DNA of 64,000 nt from an uncultured Thermus sp. (GTDB lineage: Bacteria; Deinococcota; Deinococci; Deinococcales; Thermaceae). Position 1 is the stretch's first letter, and every line of letters starts with the position of its first letter. The notes beneath the pieces are model-generated. The model saw only the letters and a list, made by a program, of their open reading frames with translations, had not been told where the DNA came from and made no database searches. The stretch spans positions 1-64,000 of the forward strand of contig CAMTVD010000013.1 of assembly GCA_947085095.1 (NCBI GenBank). The letters are read 5' to 3'. The position numbers and the translations under genes are program-made. This document shows positions 38,242-47,980 of the stretch, piece by piece.

Positions 38242-39704
38242 GGGAGGTGGCGGGCAGGATCTACGTTCCCGATGCCCGGGGGCGGTACCGCCCCTATAGG
38301 GCCCTGTGGGTCAGGGAGGGGCGGGTGGCGGGCCTCGAGCCGGGGCGCGGGGAAGGGGAGACCATCCTACCGGGCTTTCACGATGCCCACGTGCACGTCT
38401 GGAAGGTGGGCCAGCTCCTCACCGACCTTCTGGACCTCCGGGGCGTGGCGAGCCTCGAGGCCTTGGGGAAGCTCTTGCAGGAGCGGGACCGCCTTCTCCC
38501 TCCGGGGGCCTGGCTCCTGGGGCGGGGCTGGAACGAGGCCCATCTCGGGGCCTGGCCCACCCGGGCCTTCCTGGACAGCGTCCTTCCCCACCGCCCCGTG
38601 GTCCTGACCCGCACCTGCGCCCACATCCACGTGGCCAACACCAGGGCCCTGGAGGTGGTGGGCATCGGGCCGGACACGCCAAACCCCCCTGGGGGCGAGA
38701 TCCGCTACCGGGAGGGCCTGCTCCTGGAACGGGCCTTTGGCCTTTTAGAAAAGGCCATGCCCAAGCGCACGGTGGAGGACTACGAGCGCTACGTCCTGGC
38801 CGGGGCCAGGCACCTCCTGGCCCAGGGGATCACCTCGGCCCTGGAGCCGGGGGCCGACCCCCTCCTCCTCGCCGCCTACCGCCGCCTGGACCAGGAGGGG
38901 CGCCTTCCCCTGAGGGTCAGCGTCTTGGCCGTGGTGCGCCCCGACGGGGAGGAGGCCACCTACCCCCTGCCCGAGCCTTATCGCTCGGAGCGCCTGGTCA
39001 TCGCCGGGGTCAAGTTCTTCGCCGACGGAGGGCTCTCTGGAGCTTCGGCGGCCGTGAGCCGGCCCTACCGCGAGGTGGGGGGGAGGGGGGTCTTGCGCCT
39101 TAGGGCGGAGGAGCTCTTGGAGCTGGCCCTGCCCGCCCACGAGAAGGGCTTTTTCATCGCCACCCACGCCATCGGGGATGTGGCCATCCTCGAGGTCCTC
39201 AAGGCCTACCGCCGCCTCTACCAGGCCAAGCCCCTGCCCCTTCGCCACCGCCTGGAGCACTTCGGCCTGCCCAGCCCCAAGGCCTTGGCCCTGGCCCGGG
39301 CCCTGGGGGTCTGGGTGGTGCCCCAGCCCATCTTTTTGCAGGAGCTTCGGGAAAACTTCCTCCGCTACCTTCCCCCGGAGTTTCTGCCCTGGTGCTACCA
39401 GTTCGCCCGCATGGAGCGGGCGGGGCTTGCCCTGGCCTTCTCCTCCGATGCCCCGGTGGTGCGGGAGGTGAACCCCCTCAAAGGGGCCCTGGCCGCAGGC
39501 CGTCCCCTGATGGGAAGCGGGGTCCCTGTGGAGCGGGCCCTCTTCTACTACACTCGGCCTGAGGCGAGCGGCCTGCCCCCCGCTCGGCTATGGCCGGGGC
39601 ATGCGGTGGACCTGGTAGCCTTTGACCGGGATCCTTTCCGTCACCCGGAAGAAGCCCGGGTGGTGCGCGTGGAGGTGGACGGTGTGGCGGTCTTTGCGGC
39701 TTGA
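38238..39704 (+). CDS. Metal-dependent amidohydrolase (amidohydrolase 3 / YtcJ-like)
   Basis: PGFHDAHVH, GVKFFADG, HAIGD, RLEH, SSDAPV. Confidence 0.88.
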   Translation: MREVAGRIYVPDARGRYRPYRALWVREGRVAGLEPGRGEGETILPGFHDAHVHVWKVGQLLTDLLDLRGVASLEALGKLLQERDRLLPPGAWLLGRGWNEAHLGAWPTRAFLDSVLPHRPVVLTRTCAHIHVANTRALEVVGIGPDTPNPPGGEIRYREGLLLERAFGLLEKAMPKRTVEDYERYVLAGARHLLAQGITSALEPGADPLLLAAYRRLDQEGRLPLRVSVLAVVRPDGEEATYPLPEPYRSERLVIAGVKFFADGGLSGASAAVSRPYREVGGRGVLRLRAEELLELALPAHEKGFFIATHAIGDVAILEVLKAYRRLYQAKPLPLRHRLEHFGLPSPKALALARALGVWVVPQPIFLQELRENFLRYLPPEFLPWCYQFARMERAGLALAFSSDAPVVREVNPLKGALAAGRPLMGSGVPVERALFYYTRPEASGLPPARLWPGHAVDLVAFDRDPFRHPEEARVVRVEVDGVAVFAA

Positions 39705-41394
39705 CCTGACGGGAAAAAAGGCCTACTGGCACGAGGTGCCCCCGGAGGAGGTGGCCTTTGGGGGAAGGTACCGCACGGGGAAGATCCTCCTGGAGCGGGA
39801 GGCCTACCGCTTTGACCCCCTCTCCCCGGAGAACCCCCTGGTCTTCGCCGTGGGGCCCTTGGCGGGCACGGGGTTTTCCAACGCCAACCGCACCAGCGTG
39901 GGCACCCGTAGCCCCCTGACCCTGGGCATCAAGGAGGCGAACGGCGGGGGCACCTTCGGCTACGCCCTGGGGCAGATGAAGCTGGCCTGGCTGGTCCTCG
40001 AGGGCCAGAGCCAGGACTGGGTGGTCCTCCGCCTCACCAAGGCGGGGGAGGTCTTCTTTGACCCCGCCCAGGACCTCCTGGGCCTTGGCAACTTCGCCGC
40101 CGCCAAAAAGCTCTTCGCCGCCTACGGGGAGAGGATCGCCTTCGCCCTCCTGGGCCCCGTGGGGGAGCAGCTGGGCCTCCTTTCCGGCATCGCCTTTTCC
40201 GATGTAGACGGGCGGCCCTCCCGCCTGGCGGCCCGGGGGGGCGTGGGGGCGGTCATGGGCCTGAAGCGGGTCAAGGCCATCGTGGTGGAGGTGCCGGGGA
40301 AGGCGGAGGTCCACGACAAGCCCAAGGTCCTGGAGGGCGTCCGCCGCTACGCCCGCCTCCTCCGGCAGGACCCCCTGGTCATGCAGTTCTACAACGCCAT
40401 CGGCACCATGGGCATGGCGGACTTCCAAAACGCCTTCGGGGGCCTGCCCGTGCGCAACTTCCGCGAGGGGCGGCTCGCTCCCCCGGAGGCTTTCCGCATG
40501 GGGGGGCAGTACATCGCCCCCCTGAACAAAAAGCGGGGCGGGAAGCACACCCACGCCTGCATGCCGGGGTGCGTGATCCAGTGCTCCAACGTGATCGTGG
40601 ACGAGAGGGGGGAGGAGGTGGTCTCCCCCCTGGAGTACGAGACCATCGGCCTCCTGGGCACCAACTGCGGCCTCGCCGACCCCGACCAGCTCGCCCGCCT
40701 CAACCGCCTGGCCAACGATCTGGGCATAGACACCATTGAGACCGGGGCCAGCCTGGCCCTCTTCATGGAGAAGGGCCTGGCGGACTGGGGGGACTACGCC
40801 TTCATGGAGGCCAAGCTCAAAGCCCTTTACGGGGCGAGTGAGGAGGCCCGCTTCCTGGCCCAGGGCACGGCCCGGGTGGGGGAGGCCCTGGGGGTGAGGC
40901 GCATCCCCGTGATCAAGCGCCAGGCCATCTCCGCCTACGATCCCCGGGTGGTGGAGGCCACGGGGATCACCATGATGGTCACCGCCCAGGGGGCGGACCA
41001 CACCGCCGGGAACGCCCCCAGGCTGGAAACCCGGGCCATGGGGGTGGAGGAGATCCTCGAGGCCAGCTACACCGCGCAAGTGAACGCCGCCGCCAACGAC
41101 GCCCTGGGGCTTTGCGTCTTCGGGGGGAGCGTCACCAACAAGGAGGTGGCCTTCGTGGCCGAGGCGGTGAACGCCGCCCTTGGTACCCGCTTCACCCCGG
41201 AGTTCTGGCGGGAGGTGGGGGAGGGGGTCCTAAAGCTGGAGCACCGCTTCAACCACCTGGCGGGCTTCACCCACGAGGAGGACCGCCTCCCCGAGTTCTT
41301 CTACCAGGAGCCGGTCCCCCCCAAGGGGTACACCGCCCGCTTCACCCCTGAGGACCTGAAGCCCCTCTACGAGAGGCTCCACCAGGGGTCGTAA
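39682..41394 (+). CDS. Aldehyde:ferredoxin oxidoreductase-family (tungstopterin) enzyme
   Basis: SPLT.GIKEANGGG, AARGGVGAVMG.KRVKAI, CMPGCVIQC, EYET, GIDTIE, DRLP; GTG start after GGAGG. Confidence 0.9.
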   Translation: MWRSLRLDLTGKKAYWHEVPPEEVAFGGRYRTGKILLEREAYRFDPLSPENPLVFAVGPLAGTGFSNANRTSVGTRSPLTLGIKEANGGGTFGYALGQMKLAWLVLEGQSQDWVVLRLTKAGEVFFDPAQDLLGLGNFAAAKKLFAAYGERIAFALLGPVGEQLGLLSGIAFSDVDGRPSRLAARGGVGAVMGLKRVKAIVVEVPGKAEVHDKPKVLEGVRRYARLLRQDPLVMQFYNAIGTMGMADFQNAFGGLPVRNFREGRLAPPEAFRMGGQYIAPLNKKRGGKHTHACMPGCVIQCSNVIVDERGEEVVSPLEYETIGLLGTNCGLADPDQLARLNRLANDLGIDTIETGASLALFMEKGLADWGDYAFMEAKLKALYGASEEARFLAQGTARVGEALGVRRIPVIKRQAISAYDPRVVEATGITMMVTAQGADHTAGNAPRLETRAMGVEEILEASYTAQVNAAANDALGLCVFGGSVTNKEVAFVAEAVNAALGTRFTPEFWREVGEGVLKLEHRFNHLAGFTHEEDRLPEFFYQEPVPPKGYTARFTPEDLKPLYERLHQGS

Positions 41395-42911
41395 AGCTCA
41401 GGTTTGGCCGCCTCCTTGGGGAGGCTTTCCCCCTCCAGGAAGCGCAGGGCGTAGAGGCGGGCCATCTCCCCGTAGGCCTCCCTCATGGCCATGAGGGCGT
41501 GGACGCTCACGGCGTCGGCGAGGCGCCTCAGGGCCTCCTTGGCGTGCCAGGGGCCCTCCTCCTCCAGGCGTTTCAGGGCCCCCTCGGCTGCCTTCAGGGC
41601 CACGGGGGTTTCCTTGAGCATCTCCAGGAGGGGCTCGTGGGCCCGCTTCTTGGCCATGGCCTCCAGCATGTCCAGGGCCTGGATGTTGGCGGGGCCTTCC
41701 CAGATGGGGGTGATCAGGGCCTCCCGGTGCCAGCGGGCCACCCCGTACTCCTCCAGGAAGCCCAGCCCCCCGAAGAGCTCCATGGCGAGCCCGGTGATTT
41801 GGGCGGCGTGCTCGGCGGTGCGGCCCTTGGCCAGGTGGGAGAGGAGGCGGGCCAGGTGGTAGCCCGGGGAGTAGGGGGGCCTTTCCTCCCAGACCCGGTC
41901 AAACTGGGCCACGGCCAAAAAGGCCAGGGCGGTGCCCGCCACCTGCCTCAGGCGCATCTCCAAAAGGTCGTGCTGGATGAGGTCGTGCTCCAGGAGCCTC
42001 TTGCCGAAGGCCGTGCGGCGGCGCACCCGGAAGAGGGCCTCGAGGTGGGCCTTCTTGGCGAGGCCCATGGCGGCCACGGCGTTGGCCAGGCGGGAGACCG
42101 TGAGGTTTTCCAGGGTGTAGTAGATCCCCTCCTCCAGGCGGCCGATGGGGTAGGCCAGGCTACCCTGAAGCTCCACCTCCCCCGAGGGCACGGCCCGGGT
42201 GGCCAGCTTCTCCTTGAAGCGGCGCACGGTGAAGTTGAGCCTCCCCTCCACCTCCCGGGGAAGGAGGAAGAGGCCAAGCCCCTTGGCCCCATCCGGGGCC
42301 CCTTCCGGCCTGGCGGTGACGATGGCCCAGTCGGCGAGGCCCGCCCCGGAGGCGAAGTACTTGTCCCCCCCGTAGAGGCGGAAGGCCCCGCCCTCCCGCC
42401 TGGCCAGGGTGCGGTTCGCCCCCAGGTCGCTTCCTCCCTGGATCTCCGTCATCCAGGTGGCCCCAAAGGCCTTGCCGTAGAGGAGGTCCCGCTTCACCCC
42501 TTCCCACTCGGGGGCGTACTTGTGGAGGGCGTAGGCCACCTGGTGGGTGATGGTGAGGATGCAGTAAAGCCCCCCGTCCGCCAGGAGGTAGCCCATGGCG
42601 TAGTGGAGGGGCCAGCCCCGGCCCTCGTAGGCGGGGCGGACCATGGGCCTCAGCTTCTCCAAAAGTTCCCTCTGGGCCGGGGAGATCCAGGCCCGGTCTA
42701 TGCGGTTCCCGTCCAGGTCGTGCATCTGCAGGCGGGGCGGGGAGAGGGTGTCTATGTGGTGGGCCACCTCCAGGACCTCCTCCCCCACCAGCCTGCCAAA
42801 GGCCGAGAGCTCCTCCTGGGGCAGGCCCGGAGCAAAAGTGTCCAAGACCGCTTTCAAGTCCGGGTCTAGGCTGTAGTGGTCCTGGCCCAGGCTGTAGAGG
42901 ATCGCCGCCAT
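41367..42911 (-). CDS. Acyl-CoA dehydrogenase-family protein (AidB-like)
   Basis: WMTEIQGGSD, KYFAS, KEKLATRAVPSGE, IWEGPANIQALD. Confidence 0.85.
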   Translation of the reverse strand: MAAILYSLGQDHYSLDPDLKAVLDTFAPGLPQEELSAFGRLVGEEVLEVAHHIDTLSPPRLQMHDLDGNRIDRAWISPAQRELLEKLRPMVRPAYEGRGWPLHYAMGYLLADGGLYCILTITHQVAYALHKYAPEWEGVKRDLLYGKAFGATWMTEIQGGSDLGANRTLARREGGAFRLYGGDKYFASGAGLADWAIVTARPEGAPDGAKGLGLFLLPREVEGRLNFTVRRFKEKLATRAVPSGEVELQGSLAYPIGRLEEGIYYTLENLTVSRLANAVAAMGLAKKAHLEALFRVRRRTAFGKRLLEHDLIQHDLLEMRLRQVAGTALAFLAVAQFDRVWEERPPYSPGYHLARLLSHLAKGRTAEHAAQITGLAMELFGGLGFLEEYGVARWHREALITPIWEGPANIQALDMLEAMAKKRAHEPLLEMLKETPVALKAAEGALKRLEEEGPWHAKEALRRLADAVSVHALMAMREAYGEMARLYALRFLEGESLPKEAAKPELYDPWWSLS

Positions 42912-42932
42912 CCTGGCCTCCTTTCTGCCCGC

Positions 42933-42962
42933 AAGCTACCCTTTTCACCCTTTTGCCGTCAA
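42933..42962 (-). promoter_or_regulatory. Promoter of the AidB-like gene
   Basis: TTGACG-18 nt-TAGCTT on the minus strand; spacer holds a 9-bp-period AAAAGGGT direct repeat. Confidence 0.5.
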
Positions 42963-42996
42963 GGGCGTTTCCCAGGCCAGGCGGTAGAGTAAGGGG

Positions 42997-44481
42997 GTGC
43001 TGGAGGGGTTCTACCTGCGCTTCGGGGAGGGCATCTCCGAGGCGGGCAACCGGGAGGCCCTGGCCCTGGCCCAGGCCCTTTTAGCAAATCCCCCCAGTGG
43101 CCTCCTGGACGCGGTGCCCGCCTACGGCACCCTCTACCTGGAGTACGACCCCAGGCGGCTTCCCCGGAGGAAGCTTCTTCGCCGCCTCCAAGCCTTGCCC
43201 CTTGGGGAGGTGGAGGAGGGGAGGGTGGTGGAAATCCCCGTGCGCTACGACGGGGAGGACCTTCCGGAGGTGGCCTTGCGCACGGGCCTCTCCCTGGAGG
43301 CGGTGAAGGCCCTCCACCAGAAGCCCCTCTACCGGGTCTACGCCCTGGGCTTCACCCCGGGGTTTCCCTTCATGGCCCCGGTGGCGGAGGCCCTGCGCCT
43401 TCCCCGAAGGCCCCACCCCAGGCCCAAGGTGCCCGCCCACAGCGTGGCGGTGGCGGGGGCGCAGACGGGCATCTACCCCCTGCCCTCCCCGGGGGGGTGG
43501 AACCTCTTGGGGACCGCCCTCCTCGCCGTCTACGACCCCCACCGCGCTGAACCCTTCCTCCTCCGCCCCGGGGACCGGGTCCGCTTCCGGGAGGCCGAGG
43601 GGCCCACGCCAGAGGAGCCCTCTCCCTTGGAGCTCCTCCCCCAAAAGCCCAGGCTTCCCGCCATCAGGGTGGAGGAGCCCGGGCTTTTGGACCTGGTGGT
43701 GGATGAGGGGAGGTTTTTGGCGGGGCGGTTTGGCCTGGCCCGCTCGGGGCCTCTAGACCCCTACTCGGCCCGGGTGGCCAACCGCCTGGTGGGGAACCCT
43801 CCCCATGCCCCCCTTCTGGAGGTGAGCCTAAAAGGCCCCGTCCTCACTGCCCTGAGGCCTCTGGTGGCGGCCTTCGCGGGGTTTGGGCTTCGGGTGGAGG
43901 TGGAGGGGGAGGAGATGCCTCCGGGGCGGAGCTTTTTCTGGCCCCAGGGCAAGGCGCTCCGCTTCCTTCCCAAGGGCCAGGGGGTGCGGGGGTACCTGGC
44001 GGTGGCGGGGGGCCTTCAGGCCACCCCCTTCCTGGGCTCCGTCTCCCCGGACCTCCGGGGGCGGATTGGAAGGCCCCTCGGGGCGGGGGATGTTTTGGGC
44101 CTCCAGGAGGAGCGCCCCGTCCGCCCGGGCCTGGCCTTTCCCCTAAGGCCCCTCCCCCAGGTCCTCACCCTCCGCCTCCTCCCCGGGCCCCAGTTCTCCC
44201 CAGAGGCCTTCCAGGCCCTTCTCCGGGGGGCCTTCCGGGTGGCGCGGGCGGACAGGATGGGCCTGGAGCTGGAAGGCCCCGGGGTCCCTGGGGGAGAGGG
44301 GCTTTCCGAGCCCACCCCTCTGGGCGGGGTCCAGGTGCCCCCCTCGGGAAGGCCTTTGGTCCTGCTAGCGGACAAGGGAAGCCTGGGGGGCTACGCGAAG
44401 CCCGCCATCGTGGACCCCCGGGACCTCTGGCTTTTAGGCCAGGCCTGGCCGGGGGCCTGGGTACGCTTTAGGGCTCCCTAA
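42997..44481 (+). CDS. pxpBC: Fused 5-oxoprolinase subunits B/C (KipI/KipA-like)
   Basis: [48 protein letters not shown]. Confidence 0.85.
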   Translation: MLEGFYLRFGEGISEAGNREALALAQALLANPPSGLLDAVPAYGTLYLEYDPRRLPRRKLLRRLQALPLGEVEEGRVVEIPVRYDGEDLPEVALRTGLSLEAVKALHQKPLYRVYALGFTPGFPFMAPVAEALRLPRRPHPRPKVPAHSVAVAGAQTGIYPLPSPGGWNLLGTALLAVYDPHRAEPFLLRPGDRVRFREAEGPTPEEPSPLELLPQKPRLPAIRVEEPGLLDLVVDEGRFLAGRFGLARSGPLDPYSARVANRLVGNPPHAPLLEVSLKGPVLTALRPLVAAFAGFGLRVEVEGEEMPPGRSFFWPQGKALRFLPKGQGVRGYLAVAGGLQATPFLGSVSPDLRGRIGRPLGAGDVLGLQEERPVRPGLAFPLRPLPQVLTLRLLPGPQFSPEAFQALLRGAFRVARADRMGLELEGPGVPGGEGLSEPTPLGGVQVPPSGRPLVLLADKGSLGGYAKPAIVDPRDLWLLGQAWPGAWVRFRAP

Positions 44482-46396
44482 GGGCCTTCAGGGCCTCCTC
44501 CAGGCTCTGGGCGGGAAGGCGGCAGGCTCCTTGGCGGCAGGGGTAGAGGAGGCCAGGCTCCCTTCCCTCCAGGGCGGGCAGGGCCCCCGCCGGCCCCAGG
44601 ACCAGCTGGGTGAGGGGCAGGTGGAGGGCTTGGACCTCCCGGAGAAAGGGGGAGGGGAGGGGGACGGCCAGCTCGCTCCCTTCTCTCAGGAGGCGGTGCA
44701 CCAGGAGGAAGCCGGGAAAGGCCTGGGGGTGGCGGGCCAGGAAGTGGGCCTGGCGTTCCAGGAGGGCCTCCGCCCTCTCGTGGTGGGTGGGGCCGAAGAG
44801 GCTTCCCAGGCGCCAGAAGGCCTCGGCCAGGGCGCTTTCCCCCGAGGGCAGGGCCCCCTCCTCCAGCGCCTTGGCGGGGAGGGGAAGCCCCCCTTCTGGG
44901 GTTTGCGCCAGCTCCCACCCCGCCTCCGCCAGGCGCTGGGCCTGTTCCAGGTACGGCCATTCCCCGGTGGCGGTGTAGAGCTCCAGCAGGGCCAGGGCGG
45001 CGAAGCTCTGGTCGGCCAGGTAGGCCTCCTCCCCCAGGGCCCCTTCCCGCCAGGTGTGGCGCAAAACCCCCTTCTTGGTCATGCGGAGGAGGAGGAAGTG
45101 GGCCCCCTTGCGGGCGGCCTCCAGATAGCGGGCCTCTCCAAGGAGCCTCCCCGCCTCCGCCAGGGCCCGCACCGCCAGGGCTGACCAGTCGGAAAGGACC
45201 TTGTCGTCCAGGGCCGGGGGGATGCGCTTGCGCCTGGCGGAAAGAAGCCTCTGCCGCACCCGTTCCCGCCAGGGGGCGAACCCTTCCCCCAGTTCCCGCT
45301 TCAGCGCCTCCTCCCCCCAGGCGGTGAGGACCGAGCGGCCCAGGAGGTCCTCCCCCAGGGCGAAGTAGCGGCGGGCCAGGGGGAAGTCCTCCCCCAGGGC
45401 CTCTTTGAGCTCCTCCTCCGTCCAGGTGTAGTAGCGCCCCTCCTCCCCCTCGCTTTCCGCGTCCAGGGCGGTGAAGAACCCCCCTTCCTTGTGCTGCATG
45501 GAAAGGAGCCAGTCCAGGGTTTCCCGGGCCACCCGCAGGAAGAGGGGGTCTTTCAGGACCCGGTGGGCCCCCAGGTAGACCCGGGCGAGAAGGGCGTTGT
45601 CGTAGAGCATCTTCTCAAAGTGGGGTACCCGCCAGTAGCGGTCCACGGCGTAGCGGTGGAACCCCCCGCCCACCTGGTCGTAGACCCCGCCCAGGGCCAT
45701 GGCGGTGAGGGTTTTCCGGAGCATGGCCCTGGGAGCCTCCTCCCCCCGCCAGGCCCGGGCCAGGAGGTAGAGGAGGAGGGGCCCCTGGGGGAACTTGGGG
45801 GCGGGGAGGAAGCCCCCCCATTCCGGGTCAAAGGAGCGGGAGAGGGCGTTTAGGGCCCGTTCCTCCACGTCCTGGGGGATGGGGCTTGGAGGGGGGCTAA
45901 GGCTTCGCCAGAGGGCCTTGGCGAGCCTCTCCGCCTCCTCCTCTAGGGCCGCTCGCTCCTCCCGCCAGGCCCTTTCCACGGCCAGGAGGACCCGCTTGAA
46001 CCCGGGGAGGTTTCCCCGGTCCTCCTTGGGGAAGTAGGTGCCCCCGAAGAAGGGCTTGCCCTCCGGGGTGAGGAAGAGGCTCATGGGCCAGCCTCCCTGG
46101 CCGGTGAGGCTCACGAGGGCCCGCATGTAGGCGGCGTCCACATCGGGGCGCTCCTCCCGGTCCACCTTGACGGGCACGAAGTGGGCGTTGAGGAGGGCGG
46201 CCACCTCGGGGTCTTGGAAGGACTCCCGGTGCATCACGTGGCACCAGTGGCAGCTGAAGTAGCCCACGGAGAGGAAGATGAGCTTGTCCTCCCCCTTAGC
46301 CCTGGCAAAGGCCTCCTCCCCAAAGGGGTGCCAGTCCACGGGGTCTTCCGCGTGGGCCAGGAGGTAGGGGCTCTTGGCGTCCTTGAGGCGGTTCAC
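44468..46396 (-). CDS. Thioredoxin-domain protein, YyaL/SSP411 family
   Basis: NRL...[33 protein letters not shown]. Confidence 0.9.
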   Translation of the reverse strand: MNRLKDAKSPYLLAHAEDPVDWHPFGEEAFARAKGEDKLIFLSVGYFSCHWCHVMHRESFQDPEVAALLNAHFVPVKVDREERPDVDAAYMRALVSLTGQGGWPMSLFLTPEGKPFFGGTYFPKEDRGNLPGFKRVLLAVERAWREERAALEEEAERLAKALWRSLSPPPSPIPQDVEERALNALSRSFDPEWGGFLPAPKFPQGPLLLYLLARAWRGEEAPRAMLRKTLTAMALGGVYDQVGGGFHRYAVDRYWRVPHFEKMLYDNALLARVYLGAHRVLKDPLFLRVARETLDWLLSMQHKEGGFFTALDAESEGEEGRYYTWTEEELKEALGEDFPLARRYFALGEDLLGRSVLTAWGEEALKRELGEGFAPWRERVRQRLLSARRKRIPPALDDKVLSDWSALAVRALAEAGRLLGEARYLEAARKGAHFLLLRMTKKGVLRHTWREGALGEEAYLADQSFAALALLELYTATGEWPYLEQAQRLAEAGWELAQTPEGGLPLPAKALEEGALPSGESALAEAFWRLGSLFGPTHHERAEALLERQAHFLARHPQAFPGFLLVHRLLREGSELAVPLPSPFLREVQALHLPLTQLVLGPAGALPALEGREPGLLYPCRQGACRLPAQSLEEALKALREP

Positions 46397-46463
46397 CCCC
46401 TAAGCCTACGCCACCGCCCGCTGGGCTTTTGTGAAGGCGGTCGGGCCAGGGTATAAAGGAGGG

Positions 46464-47303
46464 GTGGAGGGGTTTTCCCATCTGGACGAGGCTCTAAGGG
46501 CCTGGCTCCTAGAGGACCTGGGGCATGGGGACCTCACCTCCTCCCTCCTGGTCCCGGAAGCCCTCGAGGGGGAGGCGGTCATCCTGGCCAAGGAGGAGGG
46601 GGTGGTGGCGGGCCTCCCCGTGGCGGGCCGGGTCTTCGCCCTGCTGGACCCAAGGGTGGCCCTCACTCCCCTGGTGGCCGAGGGGGCCTTGGTGGCGAGG
46701 GGGCAGGAGGTGGCTCGGGTGGCGGGGCCCCTGCGGGGCATCCTGGCCGGGGAGAGGCTGGCCCTGAACCTGCTTCAGCGGCTTTCCGGCATCGCCACCC
46801 TGACCCGGGCCTACGTGGAGGTCCTCCGGGGCACCAAGGCCCAGGTCCTGGACACCCGCAAGACCACCCCCGGCCTCCGGGCTTTGGAGAAGTACGCCGT
46901 GCGGGTGGGCGGGGGGAGGAACCACCGCTTCGGCCTCTTTGACGGGATTCTCATCAAAGAGAACCACATCCGGGCGGCGGGGGGGGTCAAGGAGGCGGTG
47001 CAAAGGGCCAGGGCAGGGGCCCCCCACTACCTCAGGGTGGAGGTGGAGGTGACGAGCCTCAGCGAGCTGGAGGAGGCCCTGGAGGCGGGGGCGGACCTCG
47101 TCCTCCTGGACAACTTTTCCTTGGAGGATATCCGCGAGGCGGTGCGCCGGGTAGGGGGGAGGGTGCCCCTCGAGGCCAGCGGCAACATGACCCTGGAAAG
47201 GGCCAGGCAGGTGGCGGAGGCCGGGGTGGACTACGTGAGCGTGGGGGCCCTCACCCACTCCGCCAGGGCCCTGGACCTCTCCCTCCTGGTGATCAAGCCA
47301 TGA
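46464..47303 (+). CDS. nadC: Nicotinate-nucleotide pyrophosphorylase (quinolinate phosphoribosyltransferase)
   Basis: [37 protein letters not shown]. Confidence 0.95.
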   Translation: MEGFSHLDEALRAWLLEDLGHGDLTSSLLVPEALEGEAVILAKEEGVVAGLPVAGRVFALLDPRVALTPLVAEGALVARGQEVARVAGPLRGILAGERLALNLLQRLSGIATLTRAYVEVLRGTKAQVLDTRKTTPGLRALEKYAVRVGGGRNHRFGLFDGILIKENHIRAAGGVKEAVQRARAGAPHYLRVEVEVTSLSELEEALEAGADLVLLDNFSLEDIREAVRRVGGRVPLEASGNMTLERARQVAEAGVDYVSVGALTHSARALDLSLLVIKP

Positions 47304-47336
47304 TGGCATGATGTGCTACCATGGTGGCATGGTGCG
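47298..47336 (+). promoter_or_regulatory. Promoter/operator of the TA pair
   Basis: Imperfect direct repeat CCATGATGGCATGATGTG / CCATGGTGGCATGGTGCG with 21-bp period; TGcTACCAT extended -10 six nt before ATG 47329. Confidence 0.55.
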
Positions 47337-47583
47337 GACCCAGGTCCAACTTCCGGAGGAGCAGGTTTCCCGGCTGAAGGCCAAGGCCCTGGAGGAGGGC
47401 ACCTCCCTGGCGGAGCTGGTGCGCCGGGCGGTGGAGCGCTACCTGGCGGAGGAGGAGAACGGCGGCTACCAGGAGCGGGCCCGAAGAGCCCTTCTGGCGG
47501 TGGGGCGCTTCGCCTCCGGGGCACAGGACGTGAGCGAGGCCCACGACCGCCACCTGGACGAGGCCTTCCGTGGTCTTCGTTGA
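47329..47583 (+). CDS. vapB: Ribbon-helix-helix (CopG-like) antitoxin
   Basis: MVRTQVQL...SLAELVRRAVERYL; C-terminal DVSEAHD; overlaps PIN gene. Confidence 0.85.
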   Translation: MVRTQVQLPEEQVSRLKAKALEEGTSLAELVRRAVERYLAEEENGGYQERARRALLAVGRFASGAQDVSEAHDRHLDEAFRGLR

Positions 47584-47980
47584 CACCTCGGCCCTCTACG
47601 CCCTTTTGGACCGGGATGACGCCCATCACCAGGAGGCGGCCTATACCTTTGCCCACCTCCTTAGGCGAAGGGTTCGCCTCCACACCCACGCCTACGTGGT
47701 GGTGGAAAGCCTGGCCCTGGTCCAAGGGCGGCTGGGGATGGAGGCGGCCAGGGTCCTGGTCCACGACCTCCTGGGGGTGGTGCGGGTGGCCCCGGTGGGC
47801 GAGGGCCTGCACCAGGCGGCCCTCACCGCCACCCTGGCCTCGGGGCGGCGGGACGTGAGCCTGGTGGACTGGACCAGCTTCCTCTACATGCGGCAAAGGG
47901 AGATACAAATGGCCTTCGCCTACGACAACCACTTTTGGGAGCAAGGCTTCAAGCCTGTCCAAGCGGAAGACCATGGATAA
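47570..47980 (+). CDS. vapC: PIN-domain toxin
   Basis: FVDTSALYALLD.DD.HH, VVE, SLVD, AFAYD.HF; 136 aa. Confidence 0.9.
   Translation: MVFVDTSALYALLDRDDAHHQEAAYTFAHLLRRRVRLHTHAYVVVESLALVQGRLGMEAARVLVHDLLGVVRVAPVGEGLHQAALTATLASGRRDVSLVDWTSFLYMRQREIQMAFAYDNHFWEQGFKPVQAEDHG

Noticed and set aside
38238..39704. Functional link between the amidohydrolase (possible deformylase releasing formate) and the FDH operon
   Set aside because: About 15 kb apart, opposite strands, no shared regulatory motif seen.
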